The position numbers and the translations under genes are program-made. The notes beneath the pieces were generated by a model. It was not told the origin of the DNA. It did not search any database and saw nothing but the letters and a program-made list of their open reading frames with translations. A stretch of 64,000 nt of DNA from Octopus sinensis. Lineage: Eukaryota. The DNA is taken from positions 41,788,001 to 41,852,000 of the forward strand of contig NC_043004.1 of assembly GCF_006345805.1 (NCBI RefSeq), given 5' to 3'. Shown one piece after another: positions 1 to 13,269 of this stretch (position 1 is its first letter; each line of letters opens with the position of its first letter).

Positions 1-519
1 TGAAAAGTTTTTCTTTGTTGTGTGGCAAACATTTATTTTGAAAATATATTTTGTTTCTCTATCAACCAACTCATTTTACAGTTTCTATAATTTAGTCTCT
101 CTTGATATGATTTTTAATATCATGAACATAGTGGCAGGTTCGAAACATGTGTTCCCCATCGCATTACTTAAAATGAACTACGATGGTGCGGCACACTATG
201 CAGGTACAATAATTGTTTTTATAACAAGTAAAAATCAAAAAAATGTTTTGCTATGTGCTCATGTCATTAAGGTGACCGCAGGTTAAGATTTATATACATC
301 TTTATACACATTCATTATATGTATTTGTATGTATGAATGTATCTAGCTATATAACTATCTATCTATCTTTCTATCTGTATGAATTTATATCATTGATTAA
401 AATCTTAGGGTAGCAAGAATATTCATAGAAAAATTCTTAGTTACCAGTGGTCTAGCGAGAAAGAAAAAATTAGTCAATAGACCATATATTATTCAAAGAA
501 GAATACAGTGTACGTTCAA

Positions 520-725
520 ACACAAAAGAGATACCCGAAGAATAGGATATCTGACTCGCTAGAAAGAGCAGTTAAAACTTCAAGCCCCCAATTGTTGTAA
601 TTCCGAAGGTGGTAAAAGTTTTTATTTTCCAATCACTTTCGGAATTACAACAATTGGTGGCTTGGAGTTTTAACTGCTCTTTCTAGCGAGTCAGATATCC
701 TATTCTTCGGGTATCTCTTTTGTGT
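520..725. repeat. Inverted repeat with ~94-bp arms (520-613 / 632-725) and an 18-nt spacer, within an insert (391-722) flanked by a 15-bp direct repeat
   Basis: ACACAAAAGAGATACCCGAAG...TTCCGAAGGTGGT is the reverse complement of ATCACTTTCGGAA...CTTCGGGTATCTCTTTTGTGT with ~4 mismatches. TGTATGAATTTATAT occurs at 376-390 and 723-737. Confidence 0.9.
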
Positions 726-1366
726 ATGAATTTATATATATAAAACAATATATTGATCATACAACGACCGTAAAATATCACTGAACGAAACTAATTAATA
801 GGAATGTATCCTTCTCGTAACAATACAATAAACTAACCAGTGCACAGCCTTAAGTTTATTACAGGCCACAAACTTGTGGCTTGTATGTTTGTTTTATGAC
901 TTACGAAGAATGCGTTCAATAAATATAGAATAATGCACTGCGGCAGTAATGTTTGATGCAAGTCCCATCAATTTATTTTCATTATCGAAAACTTTTGTTC
1001 TTTAATTACTCTTATTGTCGGTCATGTAACACGAACCCATAAAATGTCGACCATGACGAAGAATTGTAAGAAAGACATCCAACTAACTGTGGTAGTCGCT
1101 CCACAATACTTGACTTCGATTTTGATAAACCCATAGATTTAGATGAAGATTTTTGTGGAAATGCTGGAGATGGATTTCGATATATATTATCCTATATTTC
1201 TAAGTTTTTATCAAACAAAATTACTCTTTTTGCTTGTAGTATCCTCATTGCTTAGTGTTTTAAAATTCAATTTCAAATATATTCGTCACCATAAGAAAAA
1301 CTTAGACAACGAACATGCCATTATATATGCTTATATCTTTAGAGAATGGGCAGATATTGGTAACTG

Positions 1367-1806
1367 GGATCTTTTCGGTTTGAACGGCAGTTTTTTCTAG
1401 CGGTGTCATATGAAATTGTCACCCATAATTATGACCCTGGTATCGATCTATTGCATTTCAATCTGTTTTAGGGTTAGGGTTAGTTAGGGTTAGGGGTGGG
1501 GGAAGGGTTAGGGTTAGGGTTAGGGTTAGGGTTCACAAATGTAAATAAACCCAATCTGTTTCTTAAACGAGGGACATATTCATACGGCACAGAACGTTTA
1601 TTACCTCAATACACGTCATTGATTGGTTGAAATTGCAGAAATTGAAGAAAAAAAAAACAACAAATATCATACAAACTATAGAATTTTCTCAATAAAGCCG
1701 AGAGAAAAAGATGTTTTATAAACACATTCTAGCAGTATACGAAGTTAAAATTTTTTTAGTTACCTAGAAATTATGTTAAAAACTGCCGTTCAAACCGAAA
1801 AGATCC
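1367..1806. mobile_element. Non-autonomous DNA transposon (MITE) with GG-terminal TIRs, 8-bp TSD (Merlin-like pattern) and an internal (TTAGGG)n tract
   Basis: TIR GGATCTTTTCGGTTTGAACGGCAGTTTT / AAAACTGCCGTTCAAACCGAAAAGATCC. TSD GGTAACTG at 1359-1366 and 1807-1814. A second copy lies at 47890-48335. Confidence 0.9.
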
Positions 1807-2020
1807 GGTAACTGGCAAACTAAAATAAAACTACACATCAATGCTATACTTTTATAATGTAATACATCCATTATTTAAAACACCTAATAGATATACCTTA
1901 CTTCGTTAAAAAACATAGAGTATCAATATTTCAGAAATAAAACAGCATGGGAATAAAATGACAATGATAAGTTTGGTGAACATTTTTGATGTATTAGAGT
2001 TGATTTAACCCTAGATTTTG

Positions 2021-2052
<32 letters not shown>

Positions 2053-2194
2053 GGACAAATCATATTGTTCAGTAATTTCAGACGTTTGGGATGTATGATG
2101 ACCGTAGACAGAAAGGTTATTTGGTATGCAATTAGTAGAAGTGGAGGAACATTAATATCTATTTAAAAAATTTTTTTTATTAAAAAAAAATTTT

Positions 2195-3065
2195 TTTACT
2201 ACCCACAAGGGGCTAAACGCAGAGAGGACAAACAAGGACAGACAAACGGATTAAGTCGATTATATCGACCCCAGTGCGTAACTGGTACTTATTTAATCGA
2301 CCCCGAAAGGATGAAAGGCAAAGTCGACCTCGGCAGTTTGAACTCAGAACGTAACAGCAGACGAAATACGGCTACGCATTTCGCCCGGCGTGTTAACGAA
2401 TCTGCCAGCTCGCCATATCACTAAGCATTTTATCCGATCAGCTAACGATTCTGCCCACCCAGCGCTTTTAATGGCCTCAAATTTTAGCACAAAAGGCAGC
2501 GATTTTAGGGTATGGGTGGCTGGCAGGAAAATCGACTGAATCGTCCCCATTGCTCCGCTGGTACTTGTATTATCGACGCCGAATAGGTGAATGAGAAAGT
2601 TGATCTCGCTGACACATGAACTCAGAATGTAAAGCCGAACGAAATGCTGCTAAGCGTACTAACGTTTCTTATTTCTTTATTGCCCACAAGGGGCTAAACA
2701 TAGAGAGGACAAACAAGGACGGACAAACGGGTTAAGTCGATAACATCAACCCCAGTGCGTAACAGGTACTTAATTTATCGACCCCGAAAGGATTAAAGGC
2801 AAAGTCGACCTCGGTGGAATTTGAACTCAAAACGTAACGTCAGACGAAATACCTATTTCTTTACTACCCACAAGCGGCTAAACACAGAGAAGACAAACAA
2901 GGACAGACAAACGGATTAAGTGGATTACATCGACTCCAGTGCGTAACTGGTACTTAATTTATCGACCCCGAAGGATGAAAGGCAAAGTCGATTCAGAACG
3001 CAGCGGCGGACGAAATACCACAAAGCATTTCACCCGGCGTGATAACGTTTCTACCGGTTCGTTGT
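2195..3065 (-). mobile_element. Cluster of ~4 copies of the abundant SINE with a Meta/MESC-like central domain
   Basis: Repeated blocks CCCACAAGGGGCTAAAC...GACCCCAGTGCGTAACTGGTACTT...GACCCCGAAAGGATGAAAGGCAAAGTCGACCTCGG, the reverse complement of the copy at 58803. The Meta-domain assignment is from recalled consensus. Confidence 0.85.
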
Positions 3066-3821
3066 CTTAAGGAGTAACATAACAGTAATAGCGATTGTTT
3101 AACGATAGGTTGCTTCAAGCGCTGCAAAAACTGTGGATGAATGTTGTTCATGTCAGTGACTGGCTGCACTTATAAACATTGTATAGTTACTCATTTTATT
3201 GATTTTATTGACCTTGTTACGGATGTGTGAGCTAAAAGTTCCAGGAATTCAGGCGAATACTTGAAAGGGCATTGCAATGATTCTGTCATTAGAAACCCAC
3301 ATGAATGCATGAATACGCAAGGATTTTTGTGTTAGATTCACATGCAAACATTTCTGGAGGACGTCTTTCCTGAGTAGCAAATTTTAATAGCGAATATAAC
3401 TATAAAAGCTTGAGAAATGTGAGGAGGGAAGGAAATAACCAAACCAACATAGTGCATGTTGAAAAGGAATAATAAGATATCGTAAACATTGAAGTAGCTG
3501 ATGTGTCGTAATTTTAGATCTAAATATAAAAGATTAATGTTAATTTGTTAGGTTCGAAGTGTTAATCATTATTTTTAGATTCGAATGTAGATAAAGTGAA
3601 ATAACAGAACGACAATAAATTCAGAGAAATATTTACGTGTGTTTCATTGTGATGTATAGAAATGAAAATATCATTATCAAAATCAATATTATTAATGATA
3701 TTAGAGTGGCGAGCTGACAGAATTGTTAGCAAAATGGTACGCAACATTTCGTTCCAATTTTGCCAAGGTAGACTTTGCTTTTCATTATTTCAGGGCAATA
3801 ATATATATATTATATATATAT

Positions 3822-3857
<36 letters not shown>

Positions 3858-3858
<1 letters not shown>

Positions 3859-4047
3859 TGGCGATTTTTTTCCCCTCCGCCTTCCCTTCTCTGGATCTTT
3901 CCTTTTCCCATGTTTCTGACGAAGAGCTCCGCTCGAAACATAAAACCCTCCTTCTTCCCTTCCTTCCTGAGCGTCCAATAATACTATATTTGTTCCACGT
4001 CCTCGCGTTGTTGTGTTTTCTCTTTGTGCTTTCATGTTTGGATTAAC
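3858..4047 (+). mobile_element. ~190-bp non-coding element with a hammerhead motif, inserted in (TA)n (putative Penelope pLTR-derived)
   Basis: Closely similar copy at 27090-27278. Both end GGATTAAC directly against a (TA)n run. Confidence 0.75.
3912..3946 (+). ncRNA. Minimal type I hammerhead ribozyme motif
   Basis: GTTT-CTGACGA-A-GAGC(TCC)GCTC-GAAAC-ATA-AAAC: core boxes, 4-bp stem II, stem I GTTT/AAAC. Confidence 0.7.
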
Positions 4048-4515
4048 TATATATATATATATATATATGCGTGCACAATTTCTGATGCAGGCAAAGCTGA
4101 AAACATGAGGGGAGTGTTCAGTCTTTCACATACTTCTGCTTAAGACTCTGGAATGTAATTTATAGGATCTCAGAGGTGTTTCAGTCTTGTTCCATGTGAA
4201 TTTGAAACAAATTCTCCAGCTGAGCACTGGACACGATGTTATCGACATATCTCCTCCCTTGAACTTACTGGTATTGTGTCAAAATTTAAAACCAATATTT
4301 TTAATGATATTCTGCTCGATGTATAACTGAAATAAAATAGTATAGATATAATAGTTAAAATAAGTTGTGTGGAAGATAAAAACGATTCAAAGCTGTTCAT
4401 ATTGAATGCATTTCTAACCTGTTTCATGCATTTCTAACAACCGAAATGATACGCGTTTATTATAAGCCGTTCACATGTTCAAGAAGATAGTCTTTTTTAG
4501 AGATTCAGTGCTTAA

Positions 4516-4651
4516 CCCTTTGAGCCCGTAACAGCGGTTTACATGTGGATAGCGTATTTTTTTCTATATCGCAGGACTGCTCTACCGGCGGAGTGCATCA
4601 GGAAGCCAGGTATACGGTCAAATAAGGTTCAGGATGTCAGGGCTCAAAGGG
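4516..4651. mobile_element. piggyBac-type MITE
   Basis: TTAA|CCCTTTGAGCCC ... GGGCTCAAAGGG|TTAA: 12-bp TIR with TTAA TSD. Confidence 0.85.
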
Positions 4652-4921
4652 TTAATCCGAAGATTCTCTGTTTCATTACGCTCCTCCTTATATGGGCACC
4701 TGCACTAGACTATATAAATTGCTCTCTAGTAATTTTCTTATAACTCAGCGTCAAAATACTCACAATGGGAATTATTGATATATTTACAATTTTCAACTTC
4801 TGACTTGTAGCCTAATCGACATTAGAAATATTTGGTTGAACACTTTTTTGTTTGAGAGATGATGTAAACCATTATCCATAGTAGCTTCTAGCTAGCACGT
4901 TATTAAGATTTCATAAGAGGT

Positions 4922-5008
<87 letters not shown>

Positions 5009-5097
5009 GTCTGCTTGTCTGCTTGTCTGCCTGCCTGCCTGCCTGTCTGTCTATCTATCCATCCATCCATCCATCCATCTATCTGTCTATCTATGTG

Positions 5098-5138
<41 letters not shown>

Positions 5139-5208
5139 TTATTTATCTGCCTGTCTGTCTGTCTGTCTATCTATCTGTCTATCTATCCATCCATCCATCC
5201 ATCCATCC

Positions 5209-5290
<82 letters not shown>

Positions 5291-5320
5291 ATGTCTGTTT
5301 GTCTATCTGTCTGTCTATCT
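4922..5320. repeat. (CTAT)n/(CCAT)n/(CTGT)n compound microsatellite
   Basis: Direct reading. Confidence 0.98.
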
Positions 5321-5321
5321 A

Positions 5322-5790
5322 CCTTAAAGGAGCATTCCTGAGATGTGTTGATGGTCGTAGAAAAGAGAGTGTCACTGGAAAGTGGGTGTACAAGGCCTAA
5401 AAGAAAATATCTTATGAGATGATGGGAATACTTGTTATGAAATTAGTGTTCGCTTTTGTTGGTTATAAAACGTTTTGACAGCTAGAAATGTACCGTTAAT
5501 AAGATTCCGTGCGTCCAAACTTCGTAGCTACATAATAGATAGCTGCTAATTTGAGTTGCAAATTGTGAGGAGAGACAGCAGTAGGCAGGAGATATTTAAG
5601 AAAATTTGTTGAGTAGAGGAAATATTTTTAATATCAGCTATAATGTGAACTGACCATTTGGACTCGGAGGTTATCTCTTTAGTGAAAATGACATTGATGT
5701 CCTGCACAACGTCATTTTTAGAAGGTAGAATGGTGCGTTCAGAGAACCTTTCATTGTTTTCATAATGTGTGTCCAGCATGAAGTTTCAAT
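5322..5790 (-). pseudogene. Decayed Helitron PIF1-family helicase fragment
   Basis: Minus-strand translations ERTILPSKNDVVQDIN, PHNLQLK, IM*LRSLDARNLINGTFLAVK and [22 protein letters not shown] match the PIF1 motifs RAILAPKN..V..IN, PPH.L.LK, IMLLRNL....LCNGTRL and QFPVRL.FAMTINKSQGQSL. Confidence 0.8.
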
Positions 5791-6204
5791 AAAATTTCAT
5801 TAGATGTTTTAATGAATGATTCAGAAATTCTTTGACATTCTGGAGCCCCTATAGCCAGTGTCAGCTGGTCGCAAACCTACGCTGTGACATCTCTGATAAG
5901 TGCAACTCACATGTTGGAAGAAAGGGGAACTTATTTCTCTCGTCTCTAACAGAGATTTCTTTGGGGGATGCTCTCAAATCATCAGTAGGTACAACATTTA
6001 GTTTGATTCGAATCTTCATAGAACTTGAGAATTATGAGAAGCATATGAGGATTTGCTTCAAATCCACATGGAACAAGACTGCAACAACGGTCAGCATTGC
6101 CTCTGAGATCCTATAAATTACTTTCCAGAGTCTTAAGAAGAAGTATGTGAAGGACTGAACACTCCCCTCATGTTTTCGGCTTGGCCTGCATCAGAAATCG
6201 TGTA

Positions 6205-6255
<51 letters not shown>

Positions 6256-6259
<4 letters not shown>

Positions 6260-6565
6260 TGTTTGTTTGTTCCTTCTCGAGCCATGCATGGCTCATAAGG
6301 GCCGGTTTCCCGGTTTCTTGGCGTATAGGTTCCCCACCTGAACAGGACGCCGGTCCGTCGCAGGTGAGCTGCAAGATGCAGGAGGAAAGAGTGAGAGAAA
6401 GTTGTGGCGAAAGAGTCAGAAGAAGTTTTGCCATTACCTTCTGCCGAAGCTGCGTGGAGCTTAGGTGTTTTCGCTCATAAACACACACATCGCCCGGTCT
6501 GAGATTCGAACCCACGATCCCTCGACCGTGAGTCCGCTGCTCTAACCACTAGGCCATGTGCCTAC
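6256..6565 (-). mobile_element. tRNA-derived SINE (OR-like head), tail type A
   Basis: Head TGGCCTAGTGGTTAGAGCAGCGGACTC...GGGTTCGAATCTC (A and B boxes) and an (AAAC)n tail. Same subfamily as 24317-24624. Confidence 0.9.
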
Positions 6566-6570
6566 ATATA

Positions 6571-6665
<95 letters not shown>

Positions 6666-7279
6666 ACATATATATAATACATACACACACATATATATAC
6701 ATATCCACACACGCACACACACATACGTATATACCTTAGAAATATAAAAGTATTCAAATTTGTAACCTATATTTGTGATAACTTATGCTAAACAAATACT
6801 TCTCTGTAAGGAGCAAAGTAACAGACTTCATTAACTCTATTTCGTTTTACCTCTATCTTGGTATTCGACAGATGAAACTAAAATTCACTCTACTATCAGG
6901 CTTTTTGGCTTACATCTCATAAACTTGAATATTGTAATCTTTAGACCTTCATTAAATGTCAGAATACAACAGGTCTTTAAAAAAAAAGTCGCGCAAAAAG
7001 AGAAAAGGAAAATATTTCTATAGAAAAAAAAAATACCAGGTGCCAAACAAAAGCAGCCAATAATTGGATATCGGTGCCAAATCTAGACGGCAAACTTATT
7101 CAGCTATGCTAAGGTCGACTATGTTGGAAAAAATAACATCAAAAAAGCAAACAAAAAAATTAAACAAACCCTTGTGTTGTGTTTGAAATGAAGACTCTAG
7201 AGTATTTTAGTCTTGTCAAAGTAGACAGACACACAACCAAGGCTACAAGAGTTTAATTAATGTTTCAAAGAAACAAGTA

Positions 7280-7371
7280 CTTACACACGCACACAAACAC
7301 ACATACACGTACACACACATACACACACGTACACATACCTACACACACAGATATACACATACACAAACACA

Positions 7372-7420
<49 letters not shown>

Positions 7421-7734
7421 ATGTATGCATATACCAGCATGTATGCGTGTTTGCATATTCAGGTATATTCGTGTAACTTACTCTATTTCACGTTAACAAG
7501 AAAGTACATTCAGACAGAACCCAACCGCACACGCACATACACAAACTCACATACATACACCCACAGCTATGTATGTATGCATGTATGTATGTATGTATGT
7601 ATGTATGTATGTATGTATGTATCCATGCATCAGGGTGTCTGCATGGTGTACTTGCTTGTGAGTATGTTTACATTTAAATACGTATATGTACATAAATATA
7701 TATATCAATGTATACAGATATGTGTGTCTATATA

Positions 7735-7797
<63 letters not shown>

Positions 7798-7909
7798 GTA
7801 TATATATATGTGTGTGTGTGTGTGTATATTTATATATATATGTATATATATATATATATTATATGTATATATTCATATCCTTATACACGCTGTATATTTA
7901 CATAAATAA

Positions 7910-7972
<63 letters not shown>

Positions 7973-7995
7973 TATATATATAATATATATATATA

Positions 7996-8047
<52 letters not shown>

Positions 8048-8419
8048 CTTATGTATGTGCAAATATATGTATATGTATGTATGTGTATATATTAACATAA
8101 TTGCATACATAATATTTTGTTATCTATCAATGTATATATATATCTTGCTTACACTTTTGTTCAAGTTCTCATTCCACTAACCTTGAACAATATCAAAAGA
8201 TTTGATATTTCTTTACTTTAGTGTACTTTCTTTTTTCTGTTTCCTTTTGACCTCTATTGAATTCTTTCTCATGAATTATAATGTTTCCTTTCATGCCAAT
8301 ATTCATAAACAAACGCAGTCGCTCTTCCACACAGACAGACACACAGACAGACACACACACACACTCGCACAATGTTTTGCGTGCATTAATGAATATATAG
8401 ACAGAGACATCACATCCTC

Positions 8420-8451
<32 letters not shown>

Positions 8452-8592
8452 TATATATATATACATGTATATGTATATATATATGTATATATATGTATAT
8501 ATATATATATATGTATATATATATGTATATGTATATGTATATATATGTATATATATATGTATATGTATATATATGTATATATATATATGTAT

Positions 8593-8624
<32 letters not shown>

Positions 8625-8668
8625 GTATATGTATATGTATATATATATATGTATATATATATATATGT

Positions 8669-8700
<32 letters not shown>

Positions 8701-8990
8701 GTATATATATTATATGTATATGTATATATATATATATGTATATATATTGTATATATATATTATATATATATGTTATATATATATATATATAATATATATA
8801 TATTATATGTATATGTATATATATATATATAGTATATATATATATATGTATATGTATATATGTATGTATGTGTATATATATATATATGTGTGTGTGTGTA
8901 TGCGTGTGTGTGTGTGCCTGTGTGTGTGTATGTGTGTGAAGGTGAGTGCGTGTGTAAGCACAGAAAAAGATGCTTATTTATATATATAGT
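7280..8990. repeat. Long (TA)n/(TATG)n/(CA)n microsatellite field
   Basis: Direct reading; explains the YIYI-type ORFs. Confidence 0.95.
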
Positions 8991-11899
8991 ATTTAAATTG
9001 GGAGACAGCGTCAAGATAGAGGAAGGAAATATTGTTTAATTCTTTCCTTCATTTAATTTCAATATGAACAATTCCGTTTGAAAAACTTTAGCTCAATAAG
9101 ACCTATTTAGATGTTTATTTTTAAAAATTAAATTTAATTAAAAGGAAGTTAAAGTTTCCGATGTGACATAAAGTCAAAACACTGGAACCTTTTTATATAT
9201 TGTGACTTCATATCTTTTTGCAACTTTCGCTATGTTCTCTGTTGAATATGTTGTATTAAGCAATTCTTCCTGCAAGTAAATGATAATTAAACATCGATAA
9301 TACACTCACTCGATCCTGGTAACTTGCAAATGAAGAGCGCAATACGTTCAATTAATATTTAGTACAATATCGATCACAAAACGAAGTTTTTTACCTCCAA
9401 TTTCTTTCTGAAATATGACAAATTATGTTCAAAGGCATAACTGTCGTCTGCAACTGTTTGCGATGTTTAGGTCGCACTAAAACAGTGTTCATGAATATTG
9501 ATGTATATTCAACACCGACGTGTTTCCTACCACTGACTCTCTTTAATGCTGGCGTTCAAAAGGTACAAATCTCACGTCAAACGTTCCAAAAATAACCTGA
9601 TAACCTTCTCCTTCCCAAAAGGTGCACTTACAATTTGATAATTCTTATGAAAATACTAACGCAACGTCTGTCGAAGAATATAAATTCTCTTTGGTTGGAA
9701 CAAGCGATATTACAGCCTATAGTTATGATAGTTTCCTCATGACTGTCTCAAATGCTAAAAACTGCACAGACGATAGAAGGTAAGAGTGCAAATGATTTAA
9801 TCAATTCTAATGCAATTGTTTGTAAAGCTAGTAATAGAGAAATTGTAAAAGTCAATCTAGACTTTCTTCTGAGAGGTCATAATTAGTTTATAAACAGAAT
9901 AATCTACTCGGCAGACATTATTAAATTAATGTATTACTGGTCAGAAGTCTTTAAAAAGAAAATTTTGATGTTATGCTGATGGATTTATTTGTCACTCGAA
10001 TAAATTTTATTGACTTCTTCTCGAATAGGCATTGATTAATATGCTGCTATATCATCAGATATACGCCTGATTAAACAATTCGCTAATCCAATCTCTGTGC
10101 GCTTGGTGTACCGGGAAAACGGATTTAATATCTTGCCTAAGAAGCCCATCTATTTCAACCATACAATTCATAATTTTATGGGGTATGTACTAACCTATGC
10201 TACCCCTACCTGCTGGCCTACGTAATGCTTTAGATACGAACATACTACTCTAGATACAAACTAGATGATCCAATGGCAAAAATGGTGCATTTTGGAATTT
10301 AACTCAGGCTGTCTCAGATTCCTGAAAACGTGTGAACATGTTTACGAGACTTTTGCAACCGCTTCCTTATCAGCTGGCACCACACAGTCCATAGGTACAT
10401 CCAAAATGGCTTTCCAATTATCTAATGGCACTGACTACCAGAGTACTGTCTGGGTTCATGAAAATCAACCGGATTTTGTGACGCACCCCTTCCTAAAAAA
10501 CAACGCTACACCGTTCTCTATTCCATGTCGGATAAGAAATGCATAGAGTTATAAACAACAGTTGAAAAAAACGCGTCAGGAACTTCGTTCTTGCTGATGA
10601 CTACAAAATCCATAGCTAGTGACATGAAGTCGTTGAGCAGGTACCCCCTGCTTCCAGGATAAACTCAGGCGAAGCGTATTTATGTGACGCACTGTTAGAT
10701 CCCATAATGGTAGGGAGGCTGTGTGGTTCCAGACTTATAATCGTTCCTCACAGACGGTATAGCGGTTTACTTTTCCCATCTCCCATAACTCGCAGCTCTT
10801 CTCCATTCGGATGGGGAACAAGTGAATAGATCAAATCCATTACAAGGCTGGCTCATGTTCATCAATCTCAAAGAGTAAATAGCCAAATGGATCTCGGCAG
10901 ACTTGAAATCAAAATGCTAACAGCCGTAATATCGAAAATCATTGTCTGACATGCTAACAATTCTGGCAATATTCCTCAGCAAGCATTACCATTGCGTATC
11001 AATTCACTTACAGTCATTTTGTTAAGACACTGCTGCTTCATATCGGCACTCAATAAAATCTAAACATGATTTAAATATTATTCTGTGAGAAAATGAAGAA
11101 AGAAATTCCAATTTCAAACATTCAAAGAATCTCTAAGGGAATGGCAAATATCAAATGATGAAATTCTGTGTTGCAATTTGTGTTCCCTGACAGGGATTAA
11201 ATATTGCTGACAACCAAACTAAAAGTCAATAGTACAGCATTGTATCAACGCTATTACAGTGGCAAAATGTTCAAATTTATATTATAGGAACCACATTTGG
11301 GTAGAGCAGTATCATCTGTATTTAGGGAGATAAATTTATAACTAGCGTTTCATAGTTTGCTATGCTGATGGAAAATAATCTCTATGAGGGATATCATAGT
11401 CACCTGAAGTATAAAAAAATACTCCTGTGTTATTATGAATGGATAGTTTTGTACTTAAAATTGTGTATTCAAACATTACTTTGAATGAGTGGAAGAAATG
11501 CGGATAACACGAAAAATAACTGAGTGTATGGACCGATGAACAAGTAGAAAAACAAACAGAGATAACGGAATACATAAGCAAACACACGGACACACGGACA
11601 CACATACATACACCCATGCACAGATAAAACACATATAATACACACACACACACAGACATATATATACACGCATCTAAGCAGAATGATAGATATTTGAAGT
11701 GAGAAAGAAGGCATAAATATATGTAGATGCACAAGGTGTTAGATAAGTATATAGATAGATACGTTGATAGATAGTAAGTTGTGAAAGGAAAGTGGGTACA
11801 CAAAAGGAACACACTGATAATTGTGTCGATATATATGTGTATATATTAAAAATGTTTGATATATGTCTATATGTATGTATGCAAACATCCGGGTACACA

Positions 11900-12429
11900 A
11901 GTCTATATGTATACGTGTGTGTCTGTGTGTGTGTGTGTGTACACGAACATCCGGGTATAGTAGTCTTTATATATGTGTGTGTACGTGTATATATATACAT
12001 ATATATATAACCATATATTTATATACATATATATATATATATATATATACAACCATATATACATACATACATACATATATATATGTATATATATATATAT
12101 ATATTATATATATATATATATATTTATATACATATATATAAAATCATATATTTCTATACATATATATAACCATAATACACATACACGTAAGCACGTACAA
12201 ACATACACACCGATACACACTCACACAAGTACATAGAAATAAGTAGACACAAACAAACAAATACTTGATTCGTATAGTGAATATCACAAGGAGGTGTATG
12301 TTTCTTTTTTTAAATTCGAAAATAAAGAATAAAAAGAACCTTTGGCAATATTTTCAAAAGACACTATGAATAAAATGATAAAAAGAAATCACTGTCCCTC
12401 CTCTTTTATTCTCTCTCTCTATGTATGTA

Positions 12430-12509
<80 letters not shown>

Positions 12510-12710
12510 TATATATATATATATAATTCATTATATACTCACTTTTATATATATTTATGCACACATATATGTATTACATACATTTATATATAATGAGTTA
12601 TATTTTTATAAATATAAATACATATATAGACGTATACGTATGTATGCATATCAAGAAATTTATATATATATATATATTATATAGACAAGTAGACACACAC
12701 ATATAACATA

Positions 12711-12755
<45 letters not shown>

Positions 12756-12938
12756 TATATGTATGTATGTTATGTATGTATGTATGTATGTATGTATGTA
12801 TATATGTATATATGTTTTATATAAGTATGTATGAACATAGGTATATGGCACATTGAAAAAGACAACGAGATATTAGGAGCGACTTAAAGATTCATACAAA
12901 AATGAATTTTTTATTACAAGCTATCTACACATATACAG

Positions 12939-12989
<51 letters not shown>

Positions 12990-13100
12990 TAATATGTATA
13001 TACTTGTATATTATTGGTATGCACATATACATACGTGCATAACTACATTCGCACACACACATACACAACACACACACGCACATATATGGAAAAACATACT
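11900..13100. repeat. (TA)n/(TG)n/(TATG)n microsatellite field
   Basis: Direct reading. Confidence 0.95.
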
Positions 13101-13138
13101 TATATACTGAAGTTTATATGCACTCACACATTGTTGTA

Positions 13139-13170
<32 letters not shown>

Positions 13171-13269
13171 CTAGTTTCAGCTTATGAGCTGTGGCCATGC
13201 TGGGGCACCGCCATTTGGTGTTGCTACTTGGTTTCACTTCATGGAGGCTTTCTAGCAACTGCTATTTGG

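Larger units (their letters stand above)
4069..6207. repeat. Two inverted copies of one repeat (4069-~4235 and ~5850-6207), outer ends abutting (TA)n
   Basis: 4069-4218 is the reverse complement of 6047-6207 apart from a 13-bp indel. The left copy then jumps to match ~5854-5867, so it is internally deleted. Confidence 0.85.

Noticed and set aside
1468-1533. Chromosome end or fusion site
   Set aside because: The TTAGGG tract is internal to a MITE that is present twice in the window.
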